From: the human T2T-CHM13v2.0 reference genome, Homo sapiens
DNA: 64,000 nt
NCBI RefSeq assembly: GCF_009914755.1
Contig: NC_060937.1
Direction: 5' to 3' (one strand)
The notes beneath the pieces were generated by a model that did not search any database, was not told the origin of the DNA, and worked only from the letters and a program-made list of their open reading frames with translations. The translations under genes were made by a program, and so were the position numbers. Positions 23,501 to 39,653 of this stretch are shown here, one piece after another. Each line of letters opens with the position of its first letter. Position 1 is the stretch's first letter.

Positions 23501-24254
23501 GATAGAAAACCTTTAGGGTGAATCATTGCAAGGAAGCAAGAATGGAAACTATAAGACCTCATAAGGCCTCAAAGTTAGACAACATCATTTTGCGACTTTG
23601 TGTTGGTCTGTGTGAGTCACAAGGCCAGTTCAGGTATTAGACGTGGGAAAATGGCTACTCAGCAGCAATCAACTTACTGGGTTGTAGACAGACGAAGAGT
23701 GATTTAGTCAGGACCATTATTGTGAAAATCTACCTTCTGCAAAGAGTATTATTAAATTGACATAAGCAATGGTAAAATGTAATTTAAATACAATTTGGAT
23801 GTAAACTCAAGCGGTAACGCTATTTTTTATCACCATTTATTTTCTATCACCATTTATTTTTTATCACTATTTATTTTCTATTTCTATCACTTGACCTTAA
23901 CTAGCACTAAAACCATGTAGCGTTTCTTTTTAAAAAATTTGTCTATCTGGGTGATAGACACTGTTTTAACAATAAATAGTTATTAAAATGGATGTATATA
24001 ATTAATAATTTATCATTAAGAACTAAAAATGGACAAGGATAATCTGCAGACCTCTGTGAAATAAAAATAGACCTATGTTTATCACTATGTGGTACATTCC
24101 CCCAAAAAGTACTTATGTGAAATATTGCTAAGAATATAATATAGGATATTGGAATGAGAAGTAAGAGCTTTCATGAAAGAACAGTTTGAAGTGAATTGGA
24201 GAAAATTTTCAGAAGTGTGCAGTTTGTTATAATTTGTATTGTATATTTAATAAG

Positions 24255-24720
24255 ATTAATTTATTTAAATATATTTAGTTGACATAAAAATTGTATATAT
24301 ATTATGTATACATATATATATAGCATACCAATTGTATGTATAGTATATATTAACACATCTATCACCACACACAGTTACCATTTGTGTGTATGCATGCATG
24401 TGCATGTGTGTGTGTGTGTTTGTGTAGGATACTTAAAATTTTCCTTATCAAATTTCAAATAAACAATACAATATTGTCAACTATACTCACCATGCTCTAT
24501 GTTAGTCCCATAACTTACTTATCTTACAACTGAAAGTTACCAACATTTTCCCAATCCACTTCCCCACCAGCCTCTGACAACCACCTTTTCACTCTCTGCC
24601 TTTATGAGTTCTATTTTTTCAGATTCTACATAAAAGTGAGATCATGCAGTGTTCATTTTCCTCTGTCTGAGTTATTTACTTAGTGATTGTTGTTGCAAAT
24701 GGCAGGATCTTCTTCTTTGA
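24255..24720 (-). mobile_element. L1MA/MB 3' end
   Basis: ttttttcagattctacataaaagtgagatcatgcag and cctctgacaaccacc are typical antisense L1M 3'UTR. Confidence 0.7.
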
Positions 24721-26842
24721 GTGAGATTTTTGAGATGCCTATATGTAAGGGGAAATGAAAGGGTTACTTACAATTTCTGTTCTTTCTAAAGGTAATATTT
24801 TTTCTGTATTTTTAAACTTAAGACATTTACAAATCATATAAATCACATCCAGGAAGTTTAGTAGAGGGTGGGTTTTTTTTAAAAAAATTGTTATCTATAT
24901 TATTATGCTGTTTAATAATTATTACATATATATGCATTTAATAAAACTGTAAGAAAAGAGAGATTATCATCAAATTTCATAACTATTTTCATGGTTACAT
25001 AACATTTTTCTGCCTACTGATCTTGCTCTTTCTCTAGTTCAGGATGTTGATTATTTCATGCTGTTAAGAATATTTGATACAATCCCATGATCAGCAAGAC
25101 CCTAGGAGAAAATGAAAAGGATTGTGTCAATAGAGAGGCTGGTGCTCTCCCACTGCCTTTTATTGTTTGTACATTGCATTTCTTGGGTTTCAAAATAAAA
25201 GACTTTACTCTGTCCATAGTGTTTATTATTATTATAGATTTTAACAACAGAAATGTAGAGATTATATACATAATGCATCCCCACATTTGATAGCACGAAT
25301 ATAGAGTTGGTGATGATTACAAATGCTCCTTCTAAAATATCGAATAAGATGTACTGATTAGTTATCACTTGCTTTTAATGATTTATGTGTGTTGCGCTTA
25401 TGAACTGAGAAACCAAAGCTCTCTCTGATACATTCTTATGACTGACCTGCAGATAGAATATAATCAGTCAAAAACTTGAGCATCATTTCCTAAAGAAAAT
25501 CAATATTTATTAAGACATGAGTTATATAGTGTTATAAAATAATTTTAAATAGCTCCTTGGAAAACCAATGTATATTGTTAGAAATTGAAAACGATACTGA
25601 AATTTTAAATTACAAATAGAGTAAAATTGATAAATGGAATAATTTCATAAATTATAGTAAGTGTGATATCATGAGCCCACTTCAATTTTTCTATGGCCCA
25701 TAAAATTTCTCTAGGAGTCTATCTGCATGAAGGATTGAGGAAACTCCCCAAAAAAGTGGAAAAGATAGTGAGGAATGTTTTTTATGTGCAGTGCTGTAAG
25801 TTTAAGAGAAAGAAAATGAAAGATATTTAACAGACCATGGTGCATGTCATTTAGAATAAAAGTCTCCCACCCATTTTCCACACAAACACACACATTCTTC
25901 ACCTCTAACTCTCTAGGGAATAAGTAGAGTGAATTGTTGAAAAGAACGTAAAAAAAATTTTCAAACTAAATAGCTGTGAGAAGACTCCAATAACAACCCA
26001 ATGGTGCCTTTGTACCAAAATAATAGAATGTGTCACAAAAGTGGAAATAGGAGTTCTGTCTCCTTGGGTGGGATGAATTCAGGGCAGGGCAGTGATGTTG
26101 TCAGGTTATTTCTGTGATACTAACAGAAGGCAGATGCTGTGCTACATGTGTTGCCTTCTGCAAAAACAGGGTTACTGAGCAGCATCTAACGAAGAGCCTG
26201 ATACCTATTAGTATTTAATTAAATATGTATGTAATCAATGAAACTGAACTGGTACTGTTGCATATCCTAGCTTAAGAAAGAGATAATGATTTATTCAATT
26301 GCACTAACAATGTCTTGAGTGGTGCAGCAGTGCAGGTGGTAGGAATTGTAGAACTTGTATTTAATACTTATGAATAATTTTAGCAGCTCCAGAAAGTAAC
26401 TCTGGTAACTTTAAAAGGAACATGATTCAAAAGCATTATAATAACATTTAGTTTCCTTTATGATCACCTTTTTCAGGTATCAAGAATGGTGCTTCCTTCA
26501 TGAATAGTACAGGCCTTGCCAACGGATGAAATTGACAGAAATAAGAGGGAATTATTTAATTTACTTTGGAGGTTGAGAGAGACTTTTCTTAAACACACAA
26601 TAAATGCATCACAGGGGCTCAGATGTTTCTGGCAAGATTATGAAGATAGACTGATTGGTGTTCATGTATTGTGATGGTAGAGACTGGGATCAGCAAAATA
26701 TTATGTATGCAGTTGACATCTTACACGAAGAATTTGGAGTATGGACATTACATGATTGTCTCTCAGCCACCCTATGGAAAACAGAATTGTCTGGCTCTAC
26801 CTACCTGGAATTTCAACCCATAAATTTAACTCAATTATTTGT

Positions 26843-27012
26843 AGCAGAGGTTCTTAAATAAAGCAGCATTATTTAGAATTATCTTTGAATCTTTAAAGAT
26901 ATACTGATGTCCAGAACCCATCCTCCATGATTTTGAGGTGAGGCCAAAGCATGTATTCTTAAAATTCTCTCCAAATAATTGAAATATGCAGCCAGGTTTG
27001 GGAACCACTTAC
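26843..27012. mobile_element. MER5 (hAT-Charlie) element
   Basis: cagaggttcttaaa...gcagccaggtttgggaaccact, degenerate TIRs. Confidence 0.65.
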
Positions 27013-28805
27013 TTGGAAGAAAGTTTGTATGCTCCAGTGACAAGAGTAGCACACCTTGGTCTTCTGAATTAACCTCACTGGCTAATAGCAATGAGTCATA
27101 ATTAATAAGAACTTTTAAAATAGAACTTTGTTTTGGATGAGTTAATCAAGTAAGGTTATAGAGTAGAGCTTTCTATCACTAGTTACCTTAGTTTACAGGT
27201 ATTTCTCACAGAGAAATTATATGGGCTCATTGGTTTACTTCTTATTTAGAAAACTAAATGTTAAAAAACATACACATTAATAGTCAAATGGAGGAGAGGC
27301 TTCATGATGGCTGACTAGAGGCCTCTGGTACTTACCTTCTCCATAAAGAAGAAACAAAATAGCAAGTAGATAATTCAAATATCTCATTTAAGACTGGACA
27401 CTGGGATTCAACTGAGAAGTGATGTAAAAAACCAAAAGCAAGGAAGGAGACAGAAGTGAGGCAGCCTGACTGGCCAGGATTGCCTAGAAGCCTGGAGAGG
27501 CTCCCCAGTATGGGATACAGTAAGTGAGAGAACCCCAGTGGTCTATGTTACCATGGAAAACTCCTGCAATTCCTGCCATGGGAGTGCCCCTTGACTCTTC
27601 TGGTCCCTGAGACTTAACATAGGAAGGTGCATGGGAACCATGCAATGACATTGCTTCAGAGAGGAAGCTCACACTGGGTCCCACATATCTCCATAGTCAT
27701 AAGCAGCTACAGCAAGGCACCATTTTGAGAAATAAGCCCCCACCATACTTCATTTTGCCCTGGGGACTAAAAATTTCTGCATCTTCACATCCTGGGAGCC
27801 CCATTGACATTAGTTACCTGCAGCCACCATTGTGGTTGGCTGCTGCTGCCAGGGCTGAATCGTGAGCCACTTGCAGTGACCCCTGCAGCAACAGAGCCAT
27901 TGTGCATAAACAAGGGACCTGGGAACAGGTTACCTCACCTGTAGTCACCAACTGGGGTCTTAGTACGTGCTCCCTAGTCACCTACCTATGGTTGCTGCCA
28001 TTGGAAGGAACGTTGCTCACCTTCCTCAATAGCAGAGCCATAGCACAGTCACTGTCACCCCAACCTGAGTATTCCACTGAGGGAATGGGGATAACCCTGC
28101 ACCTGTCTACCACAGCCAGTACCTACACCCGCCAACGTGGGACCTGAGGACAGGTGCACCTGGCCCAGTTCTGCCCATGCTCTGCCCCCATGAGTGCCAA
28201 AGCATGCCATCTGAGACTTGGGGATAGCCCAGCTAAGGCAATGTGGTTTGTACCTGTGCATTCCTCACAAGAACCTGAGGTTGAGACCACTCTACCTGCC
28301 ATTACCAAAATAGCTGGAACCCACCTGCACATGCCACCTGCAGACCTGGGGAGTGGCCCACACAGCCACCACCAAAATCAATATGGACCACTTTTGACAG
28401 CCAGAGGGTTATCTGACCATGTTATTGCCATTGCCTATGCCATGCATTTTGCCCAGGGTCACAAGTCACAAGAACCCACCCACCTACCCCTCCCACTGCT
28501 GCCACTTCCAGCATTTCAGCAAGTGGCCCAAGAATCAGCTCACCTGACCAGGTAAAAGCAGTGGCAGTGTATACCACTCAAGGGCCCAATGACAAGCAAC
28601 CTGCCACTGAAACCACTGTGGCCTGACAACGGGCCCACCTGGCATAACAATTCCCAGTAAAAGATTATAATAACCTGCATTAAAACTGCACCCTAAGCCA
28701 TTGAAGAAATCACAGCACCAGTAGTACTGTTTATAGCTGAAGAAAACACGTGGAGACGACATTACTATATGCATCCAGAATCAAAGCCAAAGTACCCTAC
28801 CCACC

Positions 28806-29232
28806 TGAAGTAGTTTGGATATTTGTTCTTATTAAATCTCATGTTGAAATTTAATACTCAATGTTAGAAATGGTGCCTAATGGGAGGTGTTTGGCTCATG
28901 GGGGCAGATGCCTCATGAATGGCTTGATGTCCTCTCTGAGATAATGAGTGGGCTTTCACTCTATTCACACAAGAGCTGGATGCTCAGAAGAGTATCTCAC
29001 ACTTTCTACTGCTCTATCTTGCTCCCTTTTTTGCCATGTGACACCTCCCACACCCGCCCCCCCACCATTTGCCTTCTGTCATGATTGGAAGTTTCCTGAG
29101 GTACTCACGAGAAGCAGATGCTAGTGCCATGCTCCTTGTACAGCTACAGAACAATGAGATAAATAAACATCTTTCCTTTATAAATTACCCAGTATCAGGT
29201 ATTCCTTTATAGCAACACAAATGGATTAACAC
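28806..29232 (+). mobile_element. MaLR solo LTR (MSTB/C type) nested in L1
   Basis: agtttggatatttgtt...aaatctcatgttgaaat...ataaattacccagtatcaggtattcctttatagcaacacaaatggattaacaca. Confidence 0.85.
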
Positions 29233-32200
29233 ACCAACTAACATAATAGATACATCTTCAGAATAAAGCCCGCCCCTATGAAAGCAACTTCAAAACATTG
29301 GAAGAAGCAACCCTTACACTAGAAGCACAGAAATCAGTGTAAGAACACAAACAACATAAAAATATTAAGGAAATATCATACCTTTCAAGGAAACGGTGTT
29401 TCTCTAGCAATAGATTCCAATGAAAAAGAAACTTATGAAATTCCAGAAAAAAAATGATATTAACAAAGCTCAGTGAGATACAAAAGAACACAGAAAAATA
29501 ATACAAATAAGTCAGAAAAGCAATTCAGTGCATACATGAGAAACTTACCAAAGAGACAGAAATCATTAAAAAGGCACAAACAATCCTGGAACTGAAATAG
29601 TTAAAGAAAAATAAAGAAAGAAGAATGAAAAAGAATGAATAATGCCTACATGACATATAGGACACCATGATGCAACTAAATATTCAGATTTTTAAGTATC
29701 ATAGAAGAGGAAAAGTAAACAAAAGGGATAGAAAACAAATTTAACAAAATAGCTGAAAACTTCCCACACCTAGCAAGAGATTTAGACATTCAGATGCAGA
29801 CAGCTCACAAATTTCCAACAGATACAATTCGAAAATATCTTCTTCATGGGACATTATAGTCAAATTGTCAAAAGTTAAAGAGATATAGTAAATTATTGAA
29901 AAAGCAAGATAAAAGAAGCTAGTCATTTATAAGGGAGCCATAACTGGACCAACAGTAAACTTTTCAGCAGAAACTTCAATGGCCAGGAGAGAACAGAATA
30001 GTATATTGAAAATGCTGAAAGAAAAAACAAAACCCAAACCAAAAAAACCTGCTAGCTAAAGCTACTGTATCCAACTAAGTTATCTTATATAAATGAAGAA
30101 GAAATAAAATATTTTCCAGATAAGCAAAAGTTGAAGGGACTCATCACCACTAGACTGGTTCTAGAAGAAATGTTTAAGGAACTCATACTTGGAAGTGAAA
30201 GAAAACTTCCTACCGTTATGAAAACACATGAAAATATAAAACTCACTGATACAGCAAACACACAAGTAAAAAAGAGAAAGGACTCAAATGTTGCCACTAC
30301 AGAAAACCACCAAACCATGAAGATAAACAATAAAAGAGAATGAAAAGAATGAAAGAATCATAAAACAATCAGAAATCAAATAATAATATGACAGAAAAAA
30401 GCCTTCATATATCAAAAATAACCTTAAATGTAAAATGATTAAAATTCCCACTTACAATATACAAACTAGCTGAATGTGTAAGAAACAAGATCCAACCATA
30501 TGCTGCCTACAATGAACTCATCTCACCTGTAGTCATACAGACTGAAAGTAAAGGCATGGAAAATATAGTCCACACAAACAAAAACCAAAAGAAAGCAGGA
30601 AGAGCTATACTTAGATAAAACAGAATATAAGTCAAAAACAGTGCAAAGAGAGAAAGAAGGTCATTATATAATGATAAAAGGATCAACTCAGCAAGAAAAT
30701 ATAAAAATTCTAGAAATATATGCACCCGACACCAGAGCACTCAGATATATAAAGCAAATGTTATTAGATTTAGAGGTAGAGATAGAATAAAACACAATAA
30801 TAGGAACTTCAACATCTCGCTCTTAGCATTAGACAGGTTATCTGGACAGAAAATTAACAAACAAACATTGGATTTAAGCTGCATTTAAATAAAAGGACCT
30901 AACAGACATTTACAGAACATTTCATCTAACAGCTACAGAATACACATTGTTCTTAAAAGCACATGGATCACTCTTTAGGTTAGACCACATGATAGGACAC
31001 AAAATAAACCTCGACAAATTTTTTAAAATTGAAATCATATCAAGTATCTTTTCAGACTTCAATGGAATAAAACTAGAAATTGGTAACAAGGACTTTGGGA
31101 ACAGTTACACGAAATTAAACAAAATGCTCCTGAATGATGACTGGGTCAATTAAGAAATTAAAGAGGAAACTATCTTAAAGCAAAAATCAAAACACAACAT
31201 ACCAAAACCTATGGGATACAGAAAAAAACAGTGTTATGAGGAAAGTATATAACAATAAACACCTACACAAAAAAAGCGGAAAGAGTTCAAAAGAATCTAG
31301 TGATGTGCCTAAAGGAATTATAAAAACAACAAACCAAACTAAAAATTAGTAGAAGAAAAGGAGTAATAAAGATCAGAGAACTAAACAAAATAGAAACTAA
31401 GAAAACAATACAATGGAGCAATGAAATGAAAATTTAGTTTGTAAAAAAGATAAAAAACTTAATATGGTTCTAGGCTAGAGTAACCAGAAGTAAAGACCCA
31501 AATAAATAAACGAAATAAAATTAGAAATTAAAAAGTAGACACTACAACCAATACCACAGAGACTATTATGAACAACTATATACTAACTGACTGGAAAACC
31601 TAGAGGAAATGAGTATGTTCTGAGACACATACAACCTACGAAGACTGAATAAAGAAAAAACAGAAGAGATGAACATATCAATAATGAGTAATGAATTTAA
31701 TCGGTGATAAAAAGTCTCCAAAATAAGAAATGTCCAGGACTAGATGACTTCATTGCTGAAATCTACCAAACTTACAAAGAAAATCTAATACCAATTATCC
31801 TCAAACTATTTCAAAAGAATTGAAGAGGAGGAACTTCTCCTTAACTAATTCTCTGAGGCCAATACAACCATGATACTAAAACCAAACAAAGATGCAACAA
31901 CAACAACAACAACAAAATACGAACCAACATCTCTGATGAATATAAACACAAAAATCATCAACAAAAATATTAGCGAACCAAATATTTCAACACACCAAAA
32001 ATATAATACACCAAGTTCAACTGGAATTTATCCCAGGAATGCAAGGATGAGTCAACATATGTAAATCAATCAGCATGTTACATCACATCAAGAAAATGAT
32101 CTCAGAGATGCAGAAGCATTTGATAAAATTCAACATCTCATGATAAAAACGCTCAAGAAACTGGGCATAGAAGAAATGTACTTCAACATAATAAAGGCCA

Positions 32201-32470
32201 TCTATGACAAATCCACAGCTAACATCACACTGAATGAGGAAAAGCTAAAATCCTTTCCTCTAAGAACTGGAACAACAAAAAGATATCCACTTTTACCACT
32301 TCTATTCAATGTTGTACTGGAGGTGCTAGCCAGAGAAATCAGGCAAAGGAAAGAAATAACAGGCATCCAAATTGAAAAAGAGGAAGTAAAACTGCCCTTC
32401 TTTGCAGACAATATAATCATACAACTAGCAAAACCTAGAGAATTCACTAAAACACTGTTAGATCTGATAA

Positions 32471-32979
<509 letters not shown>

Positions 32980-33115
32980 TAACTGACAAAGAAATAAAAA
33001 CGGCAGTCCCATTTGCAATAGCTACAAAATAATAAAATGGGATTAAATACAACAAAAGAGGGGAAAGATCTCTACAAGAAAAACTACAAAACATCGATGA
33101 AAGAAAAGAAAGGGG

Positions 33116-33140
33116 TCACACACACACACACACACACACA
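33116..33140. repeat. (CA)n microsatellite
   Basis: ~12 CA units. Confidence 0.9.
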
Positions 33141-36100
33141 AAGATAGACATCCTATACACATGGATTGGAAGAAATTAATATCATTAAAATGAACACACT
33201 ACTCAAAGCAATCTCCAGATTCAATGCAATCACTATCAAAATACCAATGTTATTTTTCACAGAAAAAGCATAAAGAATCTTAAAATTTGTATAGAACAAC
33301 AATAAAAAAGAACCTGAATAGCTAAACAATCCTGAACAAAAAGAACAAAACTGGAGTCATCACATTCCTTGACCTCAAAATATATTGTAATTGCATAGCA
33401 ACCAAAACAGCATACTATTGACATTAAAAAAGGTCACACAGAACAATGGAACAGAATAGAGATCCTTGGAATAAATCCATGTGTTTAGAGTTCAGTGATT
33501 TTCGACAAAGATGCCAGAACATAAATTGAGGGAAGGACACTGTCTTCAGTAAATGGTACTGGGAACATTGGATATTCATATATACAAGGATGAAATTGGA
33601 CACCCATCCCTCACCATATGTAAAAATGAATGCAAGACAGATTAAAGACTGAAGCATAAAACCAGAAACTATATAACTACTAGAAGAAAACATAGGGCAA
33701 ATACTTCCGATTATTGGTCTGGGCAAACATTTCATGAGTAAGACCTCAAAAGCACAGGCAACAAAAATAAAAACAGACAAATGGGACTATATTAAACTTA
33801 AAACTTCTGCAAAGAAAAAATTGAGTGAAGAGAAAACCTGTTGAATGGAAGAAAATATTTGCAAACCATTCATCAGACAAGTAACTAATATCCACAATAC
33901 ACAAGAAACTCAAACACTTCAAAGTAGTAGTAGTAATGATAATAATAATAAGTGGGCAAAAGGACATGAGTAGATATTTCTTAAAGGAAAACAGACAAGT
34001 GGCCAACAAGTACATGAAAAAATGCTCATCATCACCATCATCAAGAAAATCTAAATCAAAACTACAAAAAGATATTACTTACCCCAGTTAGAACAATTTT
34101 TTAAAAAAAGACAAAAATAACAGATGCTGCTGATGATGTGGAGAAGAGAGAATTCTTATACATAATTGGTGGAAATGTAAATTAGTATAGCCTTTATGGA
34201 AAATAATATAGAGATTTCTCAAAAAACTAAAAACAGAACTACCATAAGATCCAGCAATCCAAATCTGGGCATTTAACCATAGCAAAATAAATCAATATAT
34301 TAAAAATATATCTGCATTCCTGTGCTTCTTCTAACATTATTCACAATAGCCAAGATATGGAATAAAGCTCGGTGTCCATCAATGAACAAATGGATAAAGA
34401 AAATGTGGTATATATACACAGTGGAATACCTTTCAGCCATAAAAAAGACTAACATCATGTTGTTTGCACAATGGGAATGGAATCAGAAGTAATCATGTTA
34501 AATGAAACAAGCCAGGCACAGAAAGACAAATATTGCATGTTCTCATATGTGAGAATTAAATAATTTGATCTCATGGTGATAGCAGAATGATAGATAGTAG
34601 AGGCAGGGAAGGGTGTGTGTGACGGGAGGGATAAAAAGAGATTGGTTAACGGGTACAAACATACAGTAAGAAAGAATAAGTTCTTATGTTTGATAGTAGT
34701 GTAGAGTGACTATAATTAAGAAGAATGTATTCAATATTTCAAAATAGCTAGAATAGAGAACTTGTAATGTGGCCAACACATTGAAATGATAAATATGTAA
34801 GGTGATATACACCCGAAATACCCTGACTTAATTATTACACATTCTATGCAGGTAACAAAATATCGTAAGTATCACATACATATGTACAAATATCATATAT
34901 CAACAAAAAAGTGATTCAAAATTAATATAAATGGTGCAAAGTAAGAATATTAGATTAGGCTGTAGATTGTAGAGTGTGTTAAAGCCTACATCCATCATCT
35001 ATTTTTATTGTAAATCATAAATTAATAGGCAAAATATCAGAGTTAATATTTGGCCTGATTTCTGCTTGAGTCCATGCTGTTTCAACATCATTAAGTTTTT
35101 TACCAAGTTTCTCTCTCTGGCCCAATGGATCACATAATATTCAATGGTCAATTATGCATAATTCTGGGGTTCCTTTTTCTAGTCATGGTTTAACTAACAG
35201 TAACTCTTGAAAATGGTATGGGGAGAAAAAAGCATACAGCTTTTTCATCCTCCTATTTTTAATCCCTATGAAAAAAATAGCTCTGTTATTATTGTGGGCG
35301 AGGATGCAGGAAAAAGGAGGGACACTGCTGAGAAGAAAAAATATGAGGGTGAGCGGAGAGAAGTCAAATATAAAGTGGGAGATAAGAACATGGATAAGCA
35401 GGAGTTCAGAGACAGAAAGGAGAGAACAAGGTGAGAAAGGAAAAAAAAAAGAGGAGAGGAAGAGCCAGGATAGGGGGTCCAAGAGTCAGCTTTATTCCCA
35501 TTTTCTATTTATGTAAGTCAGATCTTGGTCTCCCAGCCCCGGTTTTGGCCAATCCAAAACGACTGTGGTCTTACTCAGCAGAGGAATAACTTTCAGATCC
35601 TATCTATCATAAATGTGAATAATGTATTGTTTGTATATAACTTTTTAGGCATACCGAACTTTTTAAATAGCTGTTTTCCTGAGACATTATTAAATAATTG
35701 TCACTACAGGTATTTCATATCCTCTCAGATTCATCTTTTTCAAACTCAGTGATTATGCCACATACTTAAATTCATATCAGATATAGTTACATTAAGTTTA
35801 TTTTATAGTTTGTTAAGCCAGTGCCATAATAACTTTTCATCCCCAGATTAACTTCTTTTACACAGCAACAAACCATGATCCAAGCAGCTCAGCTTTTGAG
35901 ACTGTTATTACGCATGCACGGTCGCATATTGTCTTAGCCAGTGTCTGTGATTATTCACTAAAGAATTTTGCATATACTCATTATCCACGAGAGTCTTCCT
36001 CTTCCTTATTTGTTCACGGCTCAGGAGTGAGACCTCCTGTGTGTTGCAATTTAGATGTAAAAGGAGTTTATTTTAGGAATGTTCATCTTTCAACACTAAG

Positions 36101-36659
36101 GTACATACCCTTGGTGAAGTGCATGCATAAGTTCCGTGGTGTTAACGAGAGTTCTACATGTTCATCAATAGAAAACGGGAAAACCTTTGGTCACAGACAA
36201 TGTCTCCAGCAGTGAGAAAGGCATATTCATTTTCTGATCTAGCAGTTATCAAAATCAGCATGAGTTCTTCTTTCTCTGGTAGAAACTACTGGATTGGGAA
36301 CCTGATTCGGGCCCCTCGGGGAATGTAAGATGGAAGAGAGTTATCGAAGAGACATCATAAAATATTCATGAGGAACTCACATCTATAGTATGCTTTACTA
36401 CTGCCTGTGATACAAATAGTGTATAGAACATAGTTTCTCCATTTAACGTGGGTCTCTAATCTGAAGTAACAGAGAAATAAAAAAAGATGACTGGGAAAAA
36501 AACCTGAAAAATCACTTTCTAATGATATTTATGTATAAGTTAACATATAGAGTAGGACAAACAGACATTTTGTAAGTCCATACATTACTTTCATTATTGA
36601 ATTTAGCCAACATTATATTTTTTTCATATAATTTTTACTATAAATTATTCACTTAACAT

Positions 36660-36825
36660 TTTACTTTTTTATTTTTGGTTTGTTTCAGAGACAGGGTCTT
36701 GCTATGTTGGCCAGGCTGCAGTGCAGTGGCATGTTTATAGCTCACTGCAGCCTCAAACTTCTAAACTTATGCTTAGGCTCCTGAGTAGCTGGGACTGCAA
36801 GCATGTGCCACCATGCTACACACAA
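36660..36825 (-). mobile_element. Alu monomer (FRAM/AluJ arm)
   Basis: gagacagggtcttgctatgttggccaggctgcagtgcagtgg...gctgggactgcaagc. Confidence 0.8.
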
Positions 36826-38874
36826 TTATTTTTCTGTAACGACTGATAGAATAGGACACAAAGCAAATGCATGATTTGCCTCTGGGAACTACTTGATAAA
36901 TGGGAAACATCGAAAATAGATATTAATTCAAGTAGGATATACTGACATACCAAAACATATTTCATAGATGTCCAGTCATTTTAGGCTCAGAGAGAAAAGA
37001 AAATTAGAAGTTCTTATTTGGACATGGAGCTTTTCAGTTATGAGATGAATAGGTATTGAAATTCAAACAAAATGTGAGACAAATTATTAAAGTTGGGGAA
37101 AAAGTTTGAGTAAACCTTATTTTAAAGATAATATGGATTATGAATTCTTCCTTTAAAGAGGGTGTGTTTTGGCCATTTAGAGGGACAAAATTGATACAAC
37201 AGCTGGAGTTTATTGTGCATGACCACAAATACTAAGCTGAGATAGCTGAGCTTTGATACCAAGAATTATTATCAACACTTCGGAATCTTGCATAAAAACC
37301 AAATTAATGACATTTTAAGTATTCTGATTTTTCTAGATGCTTCTCAGTGAAAAACATAATACAATGTACATGGAAACAAAGTATAAAGAGAAGTTCAATA
37401 TCATGGTGATTGACACATTAACAAATACGTGTAGAATACTGCTGTGTAGGACAATATTCCGAAAGATATTCTCCAAAATCTGGCCTCAGTTCTGAGGACA
37501 AGTTATTAGCTACTTTAGAACTTTAGTAAAACTGGGAGGGCATTTAAAAGTAAAATCATAGTAAGTTATTGACTAGGTTGTATTGAGAGCTTCTTAAATT
37601 TGTGTTTCTGGTAGCTGACACAGGTCATTGAGAAAAAAAAGCAAAAGTCAAATTCTTTTCAAAAATTACATTTACTATAAAGACCATTCTAATATCCTTT
37701 GTACTGAGCACTGATCATTTGACCAACAGGATTTTTAAACCCTAGAAATGCAAAGTTCAATTTCGAATGTGAGTAGAAGTTAATATATATACATATAGCT
37801 TTAATACTAAATGGCTTAAGAAAATATAGAAAATAGAGCCTTCTTAGCCTATTAAAAGGAAGAATAAAATAGTTTATCAAATCTTCCCCTATTTTATTAT
37901 GATTCTTATCATTGTTTCTACACTCATTCAGGCTATGGGTTTTCATTTATATTGGTACAATAATCTTCAAAATTCATCCAGTAAATTTGAAATCTTTGAA
38001 TTCTCGGTCATAGCTACATAGTTCAAATATTTTACTACACATTTTTAGTTAATACACCTTTAGACAAATTAAATAAAATTTGTTGTCAGAGACTTTTACA
38101 ACTCCGAATTAAAAACAAAACAAGCATACCTTTTTACTGGGTGAACATTTCTCGCTTGTGTAAACCCCATGTGTAAAATATTCCCTAAGTGTTGGAAAAT
38201 TTTCTTCTATATTTTTCTATATTTCTATATATTTTTTATCTTGTAATATTGTTTCATCATAACTTAATTCTTGTGATTCTCAGCTTTACTATTGTATATT
38301 TTATCCTCCCAGAGCTCTACATTTTCATATGTTCAGTATTTCATGGGAAATTTTCTTTAAGATGTTTTTCCTTTATATCAAACTGATTCAATAAAAAAAA
38401 TTAAAAGCCAAAGTGTTGCCATTTTCATAAAAACAAATAATATTCCTCCCTATTCCTCCTAATGATACTACCACTTCTGAAACTGTATTGACTTGAAATC
38501 TTGTGTGTTGTGGTATATAGTATCGAGTGAGTAACAAAATTCTAATTCCCTATCCCCTTCCTCTAAGGCATTTTTCAGTCAACTGTAGCTGTGTAACAAA
38601 GATGTGTTCGTTGAGGCATATGGCACGTATGGAGAGAATTTTAGAAAATAATTCTATTTTTCTTTTTCCTTTCTTCCTGTAAGATAGATATGATAGCTTG
38701 AAGGAAGAAACTATCCAGTGACCATGAAGAAAAGACCGTAACAATATTAAAAAAAACCTTAGCTCTATTATGCTTGAGCCTTCTACAGCTAAACCAAGGC
38801 TGGCAGCCACCTACCTCTGGACTTATGTCAGAAACAACCCTATATCCATTCACCACCATAGGCAGATTTCCTTT

Positions 38875-39085
38875 CGCTTTTTATTTTTTTAATTTTTAAT
38901 TTTCTACTTTTTTAATAGCTAGTACTACAGATGTGTGCCACCCTGCCTGGCTAATTTTTCTGACTTTTAGTATAGACGAGGTCTGGCTGTGTTGCCCAGG
39001 CTGGTCTCAAACTTCTGAGCTCAAGCAATCCTCCCACCTCTCAAAGTGCTGGGTTTACAGTTGTTAGCCACCATGCCTGGCTCCC
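38875..39085 (-). mobile_element. Partial AluJ
   Basis: ctggctaattttt...gttgcccaggctggtctcaaacttctgagctcaagcaatcctccc. Confidence 0.8.
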
Positions 39086-39197
39086 TTGCTATTTTTAATG
39101 TGAAATTTCTAGTTAAAAAATGTGCATGAGATATTGATTGCTTCTCTTTTAAATATTATTCATGCTTAATGTCTAATACTAAATATAATCATCTACA

Positions 39198-39442
39198 TCA
39201 AGGATAAACAAACACTGTCTGTGGGCTAAATCTGGCTGGCCAACAGCTATTTTTGTGTTTTCTTTTTTGTTTTTTGTAAATAAATCTTCATTGCAACACA
39301 GCTATGCTTATTCATTCAAGCCTATGGCTGCTTTTGTACAACCATGGCAAAACTGAGTAGTTGTGACTGAGATTATTTGGCTCGCAAGATCAAAAATATT
39401 CACTAACTGGCCCATTACAGAAAAAAAATGGTCAACCCCAAT
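39198..39442. mobile_element. MER58 (hAT-Charlie)
   Basis: gggctaaatctggc...gagtagttgtgactgaga...aaaatattcactaactggcccattacagaaaaa...caacccc. Confidence 0.75.
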
Positions 39443-39653
39443 CTAAAGGAATTAGCCTAGAATATATATGTCTATCTCTTTTTAAATGTATATTACCTTA
39501 TTCTTTACAGAAGATGAAATTCTTACAACATTCTCTAAAGAACCCTATATTTTAAAATGGATTGTTTCCCAAAATATATTCTATGTAAGTAATAGAACAA
39601 AATTTACACAAATATATAAAATAATTTTTATGAGGACATAAAATAATTTTTCA

